Positions 47,562 through 55,774 of a stretch of 55,774 nucleotides of DNA are shown here, piece by piece (within the stretch, counting starts at the first letter, position 1; every line of letters starts with the position of its first letter). This DNA comes from Parcubacteria group bacterium RIFCSPLOWO2_01_FULL_48_18 (GTDB lineage Bacteria > Patescibacteriota > Minisyncoccia > UBA6257 > WO2-01-48-18): contig MHXH01000026.1 in assembly GCA_001824435.1 (NCBI GenBank), forward strand, positions 1-55,774. The letters run 5' to 3'. The notes under the pieces were generated by a model. That model was not told where the DNA came from. It saw only the letters and a program-made list of their open reading frames with translations, and did not search any database. The position numbers and the translations under genes were made by a program.

Positions 47562-48347
47562 TCATTCAAATACAATCACTATAAGGGATCTCTCATGTCC
47601 GTAATGCTCTGAATCTTCACTATTCATTTTTCCCGAAAATTTTGCAATTCGATCTTTTAAATCGTCACTTCTTTCTAAAAAGAGCCTTTGGAAATCGTGA
47701 TTCTTCACATAATGCTCAAAACCATCAGTGAATACAAAGATGCGGTCTCCTCTTTGAAGGTCCAAAACACCACGCCCTAAATGATCGACCATTTCTGATT
47801 CACCATTAATAACTGCGTAAGGAGTGCATGCTCCCGTGGACATAAATTTAAGATTCATGTCTTTGTCAAAATGTGCTACAAAAGAATCGCAGATGGATGC
47901 CCAGTATGCTTTATTCTCACGAATAATAACAAATGAACCCGTAGCCGAATAAAACCCTGTTTTATTTCCTGATATATCAGTTTTACCTATTTTTTTATTG
48001 TAGTCGGCAACAGCATTATTTGCTTCTTTAAAGACATTTATTATTTCTTCCGCATTGAACGTGGTATATTTTACTTTAACGCTTTTTAACACTGCTTCAC
48101 AAAATATCTTGGCAACTTCTCCTGCGGGCGACGGATCAGGATATTTTTTATTACTTTCAGCTAACTTCAGAAAGTTTAAAGTAACGCCATCAGAAACAAC
48201 AAAAATAGGAGGCGTATCTGATACAATTAAATAATCTTCTTGGGGATGTCGGTAATTTTCTGTTACATACTCAGTAAGATTCCTTTCCTTGGCAAAGTGC
48301 TGAATTACTTCTTTTGTAGCCTGTTCTAAGACTGAAAATGTTTTCAT
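47562..48347 (-). CDS. PP2C-like phosphatase
   Basis: QED, VVSDG, ICDS, FTDG motifs; AT-rich. Confidence 0.75.
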   Translation of the reverse strand: MKTFSVLEQATKEVIQHFAKERNLTEYVTENYRHPQEDYLIVSDTPPIFVVSDGVTLNFLKLAESNKKYPDPSPAGEVAKIFCEAVLKSVKVKYTTFNAEEIINVFKEANNAVADYNKKIGKTDISGNKTGFYSATGSFVIIRENKAYWASICDSFVAHFDKDMNLKFMSTGACTPYAVINGESEMVDHLGRGVLDLQRGDRIFVFTDGFEHYVKNHDFQRLFLERSDDLKDRIAKFSGKMNSEDSEHYGHERSLIVIVFE

Positions 48348-48470
48348 TTACTTTTTGAGAGCCGCCGATGCTCTTCTGTATTAACAAGCCCCCCAACGTT
48401 TATATTTCTTTGGACGCCCATCAGGATGTCTCGCTCCGCAAGGACACGACGGATCGTTGCGGCCCGCCTT
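48344..48470 (-). pseudogene. Degenerate SEC-C motif / SecA C-terminal fragment
   Basis: Translates KAGRNDPSCPCGARHPDGRPKKYKR, then after a shift in a G-run GLVNTEEHRRLSKSK-stop; its TGA overlaps the next ATG. Confidence 0.85.
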
Positions 48471-48507
48471 CGTTCACCCCTGAAAAACTTCGGCGAGCAA
48501 GCCGATT

Positions 48508-48768
48508 TTATCTATAAATGTCTTTGCGGTGGCCGATGCGCAGAACATAAACTATTTTATCTCTGGAATTAACGTCGTATAAAATTCGATGATCCCCAAC
48601 GCGAGTCCTGAATTGAGCCAATCTTCTATCTTTTAAATGTTTAGTGTTGGGCCTATATGGATTTTGAACCAATGACAAAAGCGCCCGATCTATTCTTGGT
48701 AAAATCGAGCGCTCTAATTTTCTTAAATCTTTTTCAGCGGCAGGGCTCAAAAAAATCTAAAAGTTCAT
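48508..48768 (-). pseudogene. RelE-family toxin with an in-frame TAG at codon 4
   Basis: ATG AAC TTT TAG ATT TTT TTG AGC CCT...; RTRVGDHRILY, IGHRKDIYR; the ATG overlaps the antitoxin stop. Confidence 0.75.
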
Positions 48769-48977
48769 TTTAACAAACTCTTTCTTAGCTCTCTATAAGT
48801 TTTAGCTTTTTTATAATCTTTTCTTGCTTCTCTAATACTCTCTAAGAGCTGTGGCGAAGAAAGTTCAGAAATAATATCTTCGATTTGCTGCCATTGATTT
48901 AAAGATAAAACCACCAAAGGCGAGCGCTCCTTCTTGATTTGAATATTGATATTTTTCAATAAAGTTTGAGTAGTCAT
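48765..48977 (-). CDS. Putative antitoxin (Phd/YefM-like C-terminal helix)
   Basis: LVVLSL.QW..IED...ELSSP.LLESIREARKD; directly upstream of the RelE-like gene. Confidence 0.75.
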   Translation of the reverse strand: MTTQTLLKNINIQIKKERSPLVVLSLNQWQQIEDIISELSSPQLLESIREARKDYKKAKTYRELRKSLLK

Positions 48978-49021
48978 AACCCAAGCATAAAATAACAAAA
49001 TTAATAAGTCAAAATCTATCC

Positions 49022-49042
49022 CTACGCCCCATGACATCTTTT
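49022..49042 (-). repeat. secA-tail-like remnant KRCHGA-stop
   Basis: AAA AGA TGT CAT GGG GCG TAG. Confidence 0.7.
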
Positions 49043-49054
49043 GATCTTCAATAA

Positions 49055-49585
49055 CTAACCGCGGGAATAATGATTAAAATATTTCTCAAATGTATCGGCT
49101 GGTGTTTGTCCAGTCGTATCAATAAAGTTTTCTTTACCGACCGCGTTTTTTATCGCCTCAAGTTCGGCACAAACCGCCGATATACGATTAATTCCCGTTG
49201 TCCAGCATTCACGTTCTTTATCTCTTTTAACCATTTCTGCTTTAGTTGGGAATAGAACCTTAATTTCCAACTTATTCCCGAATTCTTTCTTAAACATTTC
49301 GAAAAATTCCAGATAATTGCCGAGGATAATGTAATCGAGTACAACATTATTTTCGCTGTTGTTAAATATTTTCTTAACCTCGGTAAGAATCTTTTCTTGC
49401 GCTTGTTTCAACTTTTCAGAATTCTCCGGAAACCACTGACCACCGTTAGGAAAGAATTCGGTATCCAAATCATCGCCATCAATCTTAATAAATCCGCATC
49501 TTTCAATCAATAAATCGGCAATCGTGGTTTTACCAGAACCTCCGGGACCAGTTAAAATTAACACCTTTTTCTCGCTATTTTTCAT
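49055..49585 (-). CDS. P-loop kinase-like protein
   Basis: ILTGPGGSGKTT, IDGD, RDKER lid-like motif, IDTT; ATG 49585. Confidence 0.8.
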   Translation of the reverse strand: MKNSEKKVLILTGPGGSGKTTIADLLIERCGFIKIDGDDLDTEFFPNGGQWFPENSEKLKQAQEKILTEVKKIFNNSENNVVLDYIILGNYLEFFEMFKKEFGNKLEIKVLFPTKAEMVKRDKERECWTTGINRISAVCAELEAIKNAVGKENFIDTTGQTPADTFEKYFNHYSRG

Positions 49586-49599
49586 AGTTTTTATCGTTC

Positions 49600-49620
49600 C
49601 TATTTCCCATGACATCTTTG
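49600..49620 (-). repeat. secA-tail-like remnant QRCHGK-stop
   Basis: CAA AGA TGT CAT GGG AAA TAG. Confidence 0.7.
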
Positions 49621-49624
49621 GTTT

Positions 49625-49900
49625 TTACTCTCTATCCCGCATAAATCTTTGATTCCTTTTCAACCATAATTTCCTGAAGAGCGGCATGGTCAGCGTTGAA
49701 AGCATAAACGCCACTGCAGGTACCACTGCATTCAGCCACGGTCGCGAAATATCAATCGCCCACATATACACTCCGACTGCCAAATAAGTAAAAAGCGTTA
49801 GTAGAATCCGCCGCGTCCAGCTGGTTTCCCATGCTTTATCGGCTTCAACTCGCAGATTTCGTTCTTCAATTTTTTGAACTTTTTGTTCTATACTTTCCAT
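49625..49900 (-). CDS. Small membrane protein
   Basis: IEERN.RVEADKAWETSW.R followed by two TM segments. Confidence 0.75.
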   Translation of the reverse strand: MESIEQKVQKIEERNLRVEADKAWETSWTRRILLTLFTYLAVGVYMWAIDISRPWLNAVVPAVAFMLSTLTMPLFRKLWLKRNQRFMRDRE

Positions 49901-49933
49901 ATTTTTCGCTCTTAGTACGAACAGCAGCGCGTG

Positions 49934-50308
49934 TTACGCGCCGTCTTCCACCAACGCAATTTGATTACCTTCCGAGTCCTTAAAAAAGGCGGCTCTTCCC
50001 CACGGAAATTCTATGATGTCTCCCGCAATCTTAAGCGAATTAATCTGGTTTGTATCAATAAAAAATTTCGCGCCGCTTGCCTTAAGCTCTTCTACTGCAT
50101 TTTCAAGATTCGCTACGCGGAATTCCAATCCGCTCTCGGTGCCACCGTGAAGATACAGGTGAATTTCCGCTCCCGCGGCCTCAAACGACGCCCAGTCCGC
50201 TTCTTTACAGATGAGCCGCGATCCCAGCACGTCACGGTAAAAAGCAACCGCGCGATTTAAATCATGTACCCGTATATCAATAATCAACTTCTTCAACTCG
50301 GGTTTCAT
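49934..50308 (-). CDS. VOC/glyoxalase family protein
   Basis: V.DL.RA.AFYRDVLG, F.V.NLE, PWGR.AFFKDSEGN. Confidence 0.9.
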   Translation of the reverse strand: MKPELKKLIIDIRVHDLNRAVAFYRDVLGSRLICKEADWASFEAAGAEIHLYLHGGTESGLEFRVANLENAVEELKASGAKFFIDTNQINSLKIAGDIIEFPWGRAAFFKDSEGNQIALVEDGA

Positions 50309-50317
50309 GTATTTTGG

Positions 50318-50563
50318 CTAATCCCATTCTTGAAGAACGCGCCCATCTCTATCCACCTCAATATAGCTCGGTTCCGGAAGTTCCATTCGATTTTCGGCGA
50401 TCATTCGGTATACACACGAAGTTCCTTTATCGTTCCGCGAATCATACGCGACGCCACGGTATTCTACTACTTGAGGAAATTGCCGATATTTCCAATCGTA
50501 GACAAATTCTTCTATTCGTGAATCACCGGGTTGTTTTTCACGTTTACGCTCCATAAATTTCAC
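50318..50563 (-). CDS. Hypothetical protein
   Basis: 81-aa ORF fitting the gap; start may be the ATG three codons later. Confidence 0.55.
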   Translation of the reverse strand: MKFMERKREKQPGDSRIEEFVYDWKYRQFPQVVEYRGVAYDSRNDKGTSCVYRMIAENRMELPEPSYIEVDRDGRVLQEWD

Positions 50564-50592
50564 CTTATTGCTTACAACGCATCAGGTTTTTG

Positions 50593-51243
50593 TCACAATT
50601 TAAACGATCGTCTTAAGATTTCTGCTGCTTTCCGCGGGTTCCCTCTCCCTATAGGAAAATAGCACGGCGCAACGCGAACGCGCAAACCCGAAATTCTTTC
50701 TGCTTCTTCAGTTTGTTTACCGCTCCAGCATTCGGATAACTTTAGCGGCTTTCCCGTTAACGTCTTATACACCAACCCGCCGAATGCGACTATCTTTTTT
50801 GGTTTAACTATGTTTATTTCTTCTGCCAACAACTTCATTTGATGATGTATCACCTTTGTATCCGGATACGCGCTATGGCTATAACAGCATTTTACCGCGT
50901 TGGTCAAAAACAACTTGCCCCTCATTAACTCCCTTTGCAGCTGTTTTGTATGCCGCAATGTCCAATCCGCTCTCGGCGGCAACCCGTACGCGACTTTCTT
51001 ACTGACTAATCCTCCATCTGCCAACACTTTCCAAAATTGCCGCACCCCTATAAACGGAAACCGATCTCCGTGATATTCCGGACTGGAACTTAAGTTTCTA
51101 TAAGTCGGATTTATCAAAACAAGCATCAGTCGGGGGTTCACCACGCCATAGCCATGAATGTGCTGCAGTTTATTTTTTTCCGTTTTGCAAAACTTACATT
51201 TGTCTGCCTGCGTATATAACTTTTGCAATTTCGTATTTCTCAT
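50593..51243 (-). CDS. Uracil-DNA glycosylase family 4-like protein
   Basis: CKFC near the N-terminus, PFIG, FLTNAVKC, EINIVKPKKIVAFG. Confidence 0.75.
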   Translation of the reverse strand: MRNTKLQKLYTQADKCKFCKTEKNKLQHIHGYGVVNPRLMLVLINPTYRNLSSSPEYHGDRFPFIGVRQFWKVLADGGLVSKKVAYGLPPRADWTLRHTKQLQRELMRGKLFLTNAVKCCYSHSAYPDTKVIHHQMKLLAEEINIVKPKKIVAFGGLVYKTLTGKPLKLSECWSGKQTEEAERISGLRVRVAPCYFPIGRGNPRKAAEILRRSFKL

Positions 51244-51260
51244 GATCCATGACGCTTCTG
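51240..51260 (-). repeat. secA-tail-like remnant QKRHGS-stop
   Basis: CAG AAG CGT CAT GGA TCA TGA; the stop overlaps the UDG ATG. Confidence 0.55.
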
Positions 51261-51263
51261 CTA

Positions 51264-53255
51264 TTAACCAACGCGCACAAACTCATCTTTTCTGATATTT
51301 TTCAATCTCTGAACAATGGCTTCGCGCGAAATTTCTTCATAGTCCAAAAGTTCTTCCGGTTTTCCGCTTTTGGGCATTTTTCGAACCGCGAGCGAATGTA
51401 CAACTATCCTGCTTCCGGCCAAGGCGCTCGTAACCGCCTCGCCAATTCCTCCTTCGGCAAAATGATCTTCAACTGTAATGATTGTTCTTGTTTCACGCGC
51501 GGCTTTTTGAAGCGTTTCCACATCAATGGGTTTAACGCTATAAAGATCGATGACGCGCACCATAATTCCCTCTTTCTTCAACTCTTCGTATGCCGCCAAT
51601 GCTTCATGAAGCGTAATGCCTGCGGCAACCACGGTAGCCGCATCGTTCGGCGATTGATGCAACACCTTTGATCCTCCAATCGGAAATGCTTCGGTCAGCT
51701 CATACAAAATCGGGGTGTCTTTTCTGGTGGTACGAATATATACAATTCCTTTATATGCTACCGCTCCTTCGACAAGTTTTTCTGCTGACACTGCATCAGA
51801 CGGGTACAATACCGCGCTGCCAAGAATCGTTCGAAACATAGCCAAATCCTCAAGTCCCATCTGCGAAGCGCCGTCTTCTCCAATCGACACGCCCGCGTGG
51901 GAACCGCAGAATTTGATACCTGCCCCGAGCGCAGTCGAGGGGTTCGCATTCGAGTACTGCGACATCCTAATCTGATCAAATGCTCGCGTAAAAAAAGCCG
52001 CAAACGTGGATACAAACGGAATTTTCCCTCTTCGAGAAAAACCCAAAGCCGCTCCCACCATATTCTGTTCGGCAATGTACATTTCAAAAAATCTATCGGG
52101 GTATGCCTTTTTGAATGTTTCTGAAAACGTAGAGTTGCTCACTTCGGCATCAAGCACGACCATATTGGGATATTTCGGAAATATACGAACTAAGGCGTTT
52201 CCGTATGCTTTTCGCGTCGCGACCGGTTTGCCTTTAGCGTAATCGAAGAGTTTATCTGCCGCAGACGAAACTGTCCCAACCGTTTCAAAGTCTATACCCT
52301 CATTCGCGCGAATCGGGGGTAGGATTTCAGGCGGGGGTTTTTTAATTTCGCCGCGAACGCCTTTATCTATTGCCCCCAATTCTCCCAACGCTTTCTGCAA
52401 TTCTTCTTTACTTAATACTTTACCGTGCCAACCGTCCTGATTTTCAATAAATGATACACCCTTGCCTTTTATGGTTTTCGCGATAATCATGCGCGGAGCA
52501 TTACTTTCCTCGCCTACCGCCTTTTCATACGCATCAAGTATTTCCAAAAAAGAATGTCCGTCAATAACATACGTCTTCCAGCCGAATGACGAAATACGTT
52601 TTTCGTACGCCGCGACATCGTGCCCGTACATCGTTTCTCCCCGCTGACCCAATCGATTTACATCCAGAATGCCAATAAGATTATCCAAGCCGTAGTGTGC
52701 CGCAATTTGCATTGCCTCCCAGACTGATCCTTCTGCCATCTCGCTATCGCCCAAAAGCACATACGTACGGTACGGCAGCTTATCAACATATTTGGCATTC
52801 AATGCCATGCCCACGCCGATCGAAAGTCCTTGTCCTAAAGAGCCGGTAGCTGCTTCGGTGAACGGAAAAGCAGGCGTCGGATGCCCCTCGAGCGGGCTGC
52901 CGAATTTTCTGAAGGTCAGCAACTCTTCCGGACTTACTTTTCCCGCCGCTGCCCAGAGAGAATAAAAAAGGGGCGACGCATGCCCCTTGGAAAAAATCAG
53001 CCGGTCATTGTTCGGATAATCAGGATTATCAAGATCATAGCGGAAGAAACCGCCCGCCGCAGACGAGACTCGCTCATCGGAAGATGAGTGGCCGAACAAA
53101 AGCGCGCACATCAAATCCGTCGCCGAAAGAGACGATGTCGGATGACCTGACCCGGCTTCAGTTGAAGAAATTAATATATAGTAACGGATGAGCCTGGAAA
53201 ACTCTTCCAGATTACGTATATTTACCCCACGCAAATTTATTCCACGCGCGCTCAT
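51264..53255 (-). CDS. tkt: Transketolase (start codon uncertain)
   Basis: SGHPTS, SKGHA, LEGHP, TGSLGQG, GDSEMAEG (TPP-binding), IAEQNM, GEDGASQ, TVEDH. Confidence 0.95.
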   Translation of the reverse strand: MSARGINLRGVNIRNLEEFSRLIRYYILISSTEAGSGHPTSSLSATDLMCALLFGHSSSDERVSSAAGGFFRYDLDNPDYPNNDRLIFSKGHASPLFYSLWAAAGKVSPEELLTFRKFGSPLEGHPTPAFPFTEAATGSLGQGLSIGVGMALNAKYVDKLPYRTYVLLGDSEMAEGSVWEAMQIAAHYGLDNLIGILDVNRLGQRGETMYGHDVAAYEKRISSFGWKTYVIDGHSFLEILDAYEKAVGEESNAPRMIIAKTIKGKGVSFIENQDGWHGKVLSKEELQKALGELGAIDKGVRGEIKKPPPEILPPIRANEGIDFETVGTVSSAADKLFDYAKGKPVATRKAYGNALVRIFPKYPNMVVLDAEVSNSTFSETFKKAYPDRFFEMYIAEQNMVGAALGFSRRGKIPFVSTFAAFFTRAFDQIRMSQYSNANPSTALGAGIKFCGSHAGVSIGEDGASQMGLEDLAMFRTILGSAVLYPSDAVSAEKLVEGAVAYKGIVYIRTTRKDTPILYELTEAFPIGGSKVLHQSPNDAATVVAAGITLHEALAAYEELKKEGIMVRVIDLYSVKPIDVETLQKAARETRTIITVEDHFAEGGIGEAVTSALAGSRIVVHSLAVRKMPKSGKPEELLDYEEISREAIVQRLKNIRKDEFVRVG

Positions 53256-53427
53256 GAACGTAATAAGCGACTGTACTCAATACCTGCCCGAGCGACGTGA
53301 TACCTAACGACAACAAAAATCTGCCGGTCACAACGTAGGCGCCGATAAAATTCATGAGGATCGCAATCACGCGCCACGAAATCATTTTAACGAACGTTCG
53401 CGTTTTCGTTTCTTGAAAAAAACCCAT
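53212..53427 (-). CDS. DUF2061-like small membrane protein
   Basis: R.FVK.ISWR and YYVHERAW motifs. Confidence 0.8.
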   Translation of the reverse strand: MGFFQETKTRTFVKMISWRVIAILMNFIGAYVVTGRFLLSLGITSLGQVLSTVAYYVHERAWNKFAWGKYT

Positions 53428-53503
53428 ACTATTATTATATCACATGGGCTCAGGCGTAAGACGCGGGACGTTGTTCTGCGTCGCCCTTCGACGGACAGAT
53501 CGG

Positions 53504-54475
53504 TTACGAAACAATATTCTGGGAAGAACTCTCTTTCGGCCCACCGAGCTTAATTACAACCGCAGTCATATCATCGTCTTTCGCGCGTGGATGCTTTTTT
53601 ACTTCGCCCGTTTCTGGATCTATTTCACCGCGCGGATGCTTTTCCTGACTTCGCGCTTTTGCTTTCTGCAATAGAACGTCCACCTCTTCCGCTACGCCCC
53701 CAACCTTCATCAATTCATCCAAAATCTCTTTCGAAGTAAGGTTATCGTGAACTCCATCAGAAGTAATAAGAAGTGTATCTCCGCCATGAATGTCGACAAC
53801 ATACATGCGCGGCTCTGCACGAAAGGTGCCAAGCGCCTGCGTTATTACATTTCGAGTCTTAAAAAGAGACCGCGCCGGTTCCGCAAGAGTTGCAGGGTCT
53901 TCCACGTCATTTAAGCTTGCCTGTAACTGTCGCGCCTGCTCCTCGTTTCCGGAAACTTCCCGGATCCGGCTATCATCGAGCGTTATCTGTTCCAAACTTT
54001 CATTACGGCGCAACACATACACGCGGCTGTCTCCGACGTTTCCTATTACGGCTTTCCGTTGATTATCCGGCCCTTTCCATAATTTTACAACCGAAGCAGT
54101 CGTTCCCATACCACGATACTCCGGTTTATCCAAAGAATCATTTAATATCCTGTTACTTGCCTCATTGAGAATACGCTCAATCTCGGTTTTCAACTCTTCT
54201 ACAGAAACATCTTCGCGCAATGCTCTGACGGCATTCTCTACATACTCCTTCGCCATTCGCGACGCCACCTCTCCAGAGGAGTGCCCGCCCATACCGTCAA
54301 ATACCGCAAAAAGTCCTTTCGCTTCATCAGAAAACCAGGCATCCTCGTTACTTTCTCCTCGCTCTGGACCTAAGTGCTTCACGCTCTCTCCGGCCGATTC
54401 AAAATATCTCTCCGCTCCCTCATGAGATGCTAAGGGTTGTTCATCCTTTCGTTTTAACTCTTCTGATGAAACCAT
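53504..54475 (-). CDS. PP2C-family Ser/Thr phosphatase
   Basis: NED, FDGMGGH..GEVAS, MGTT, NVGDSR, TSDG, DDMT. Confidence 0.93.
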   Translation of the reverse strand: MVSSEELKRKDEQPLASHEGAERYFESAGESVKHLGPERGESNEDAWFSDEAKGLFAVFDGMGGHSSGEVASRMAKEYVENAVRALREDVSVEELKTEIERILNEASNRILNDSLDKPEYRGMGTTASVVKLWKGPDNQRKAVIGNVGDSRVYVLRRNESLEQITLDDSRIREVSGNEEQARQLQASLNDVEDPATLAEPARSLFKTRNVITQALGTFRAEPRMYVVDIHGGDTLLITSDGVHDNLTSKEILDELMKVGGVAEEVDVLLQKAKARSQEKHPRGEIDPETGEVKKHPRAKDDDMTAVVIKLGGPKESSSQNIVS

Positions 54476-54535
54476 AGTGAAATTTTCTTAATGTGGAATT
54501 ATATAACTCTGCTCGAACATTTTTTGAACGGAACT

Positions 54536-54650
54536 GACCGCCTCCGCTTCACTCCGGCGGAACGCTCGGGCGCGGCGGAATTCCCCCCACACCTCTTCGA
54601 GTCTAAAGACTCATCAGAGTCTGAACGACCCCCTTCCGCCGCGCCCTCGC
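54536..54650. repeat. GC-rich palindromic element with a nested insert
   Basis: gggcgcggcggaa ... ttccgccgcgccc inverted arms enclosing a ctcttcgagtctaaagactcatcagagtctgaacga unit. Confidence 0.7.
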
Positions 54651-54680
54651 TTCTAGCATTTCAGCGAAAAAATCCGGCGG

Positions 54681-55661
54681 CTATGTCTTATTCTCTAACT
54701 TCTCAATTCTGTTTGCAACATCATCAAATCTGTCCTTGTCGTCTAATCTCTCTCGTACTTCCGCAAAGGTTAGCCAATACCCACCTTTACCCTCCAAAAC
54801 ATCAAATTTTTCTTGGTCCGTTGAATACAAAAACATGTATCTGATAATTTTTCGTTCGTTCCAAAGTGTGATTGAAGTGCCTAGATATTTCAATTCTTCA
54901 GCGAGAACATCAATTTGCAGCTCTTCTTTTGTCTCGCGGATTATGGCTTGCGTCGGTGTTTCTCCAAATTCAATTTCACCCCCGAAATAACCCCAATCTG
55001 GTTTTTTATGTCCGCGCCTGTCTTGAATCAAAATTTGATGTTTTGAATTGATGGGAACGATAAGGGCTTTACGGTTATCGAAGTCAATAATTTTTTCCAG
55101 CAATTCGGGAAATTCTTCCGTTCCAATATCGCCAAGTGTGTAATGTCCGTGTCCTTTTAGTTCGATAACCGCACCGCCTAATGCTTGGTGAAAAAATTTC
55201 AAACTTTCTTTTCCTTCCCCTTCTTCATCATCGGCAGTAAACATTACAATTTCGATTACTCTCGATTTTATACTTTCATCAATCGAGTAAGTATAAAATT
55301 CCTTCCGAAATTCATCGTCTTTGTCAGGAATTTTCCACGGAGCCACGAGAATAAGTTTGAAAATTTTTCTCTTTGTTTCTCCGAGCCAGCGAACCAAAAA
55401 AGCGGAGCCGCAACTATGCCCGACTAAAATTGTATTCTCGCTAACTTCGTATTTCTCAAATTCTGCTTTGAATTTTTGATAATTCGGTTCCCACGGGTCG
55501 GGCATGAGCGGTGTTTCGGTTTCTATTCCAGCGGCTACGAGATTTCGTTTGAGCCACGGAATCCAATGTTTATCATAAGTCCTTGTTTCGGGATTCATCG
55601 CTTTCTCTGCGTCCGAAGGACAACCGTGAATGATTATGCAGTTTGTATTTTTTGTATCCAT
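54681..55661 (-). CDS. RBBP9/YdeN-type alpha/beta hydrolase fused to a NUDIX domain
   Basis: IIHG, GHSCG, DD, GH in the hydrolase part; GGEIEFGETPTQAIIRETKEEL Nudix box. Confidence 0.88.
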   Translation of the reverse strand: MDTKNTNCIIIHGCPSDAEKAMNPETRTYDKHWIPWLKRNLVAAGIETETPLMPDPWEPNYQKFKAEFEKYEVSENTILVGHSCGSAFLVRWLGETKRKIFKLILVAPWKIPDKDDEFRKEFYTYSIDESIKSRVIEIVMFTADDEEGEGKESLKFFHQALGGAVIELKGHGHYTLGDIGTEEFPELLEKIIDFDNRKALIVPINSKHQILIQDRRGHKKPDWGYFGGEIEFGETPTQAIIRETKEELQIDVLAEELKYLGTSITLWNERKIIRYMFLYSTDQEKFDVLEGKGGYWLTFAEVRERLDDKDRFDDVANRIEKLENKT

Positions 55662-55665
55662 AGTT

Positions 55666-55774
55666 TTAGGAAAGCTCTTTTCGTAATCCGTTACGACCCA
55701 AATTTAGCCAATACTCCGTTTCTTCGGTGGCGTTGCCTTTGATAAATTTTTCTTGATGACCGCCCATAAATTCC
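55666..55774 (-). CDS. 3' end of a gene entering from the right edge
   Basis: Open frame ...EFMGGHQEKFIKGNATEETEYWLNLGRNGLRKELS-stop, ending 4 nt before the next ATG. Confidence 0.5.
   Translation of the reverse strand, partial: EFMGGHQEKFIKGNATEETEYWLNLGRNGLRKELS

Noticed and set aside
48757-48759. Stop-codon reassignment (TAG recoding or code 25)
   Set aside because: TAG and TGA end conserved core genes at their expected positions.
50564-50592. Additional secA-tail remnant (RCKQ-stop)
   Set aside because: Too degenerate: it lacks the HG or CG dipeptide, so it was not counted.
46376-55774. Classical integron with attC sites
   Set aside because: No intI and no paired RYYYAAC...GTTRRRY hairpins were found; the junction motifs are explained better as SEC-C coding remnants.

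Overview
Bacterial chromosomal segment using genetic code 11 (TGA, TAA and TAG all serve as stops). The gene content suggests Patescibacteria (CPR, Parcubacteria-like); this is inferred from the short ProRS, RpoA without a CTD, the FtsA-like plus baseplate-J-like gene pair and repeat-filled spacers. Layout from left to right: (1) a giant secreted modular protein on the minus strand (>2559 aa, runs off the left edge) that the ORF track misses; (2) a minus-strand housekeeping block (murA, mreB, holB, frr, rseP, proS, mreBCD, mrdA, greA, lysS, lemA) whose spacers are filled by MITE/REP-like elements and heptamer arrays; (3) a plus-strand island at 24.8-32.6 kb encoding a small partner protein, an AAA+ ATPase, two vWA proteins with matching C-terminal tails, a truncated pyruvate-kinase-like enzyme and a divergent adenylosuccinate-synthetase-like enzyme, facing a large nucleotidyltransferase-domain gene; (4) infA-rpmJ-rpsM-rpsK-rpsD-rpoA-rplQ-rplM-rpsI; (5) an accessory region at 44-55.8 kb where small co-oriented genes are separated by repeated remnants resembling the SecA C-terminus (SEC-C; xxCHGx-stop or xxRHGx-stop), suggesting an array built by serial integration at a secA 3' end. 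The two best candidates for an undescribed system are the SEC-C-delimited array and the vWA/AAA/PK-like/PurA-like island. I recognised no tRNA, rRNA, CRISPR array, integrase or reverse transcriptase. All calls come from manual reading; no searches were run.
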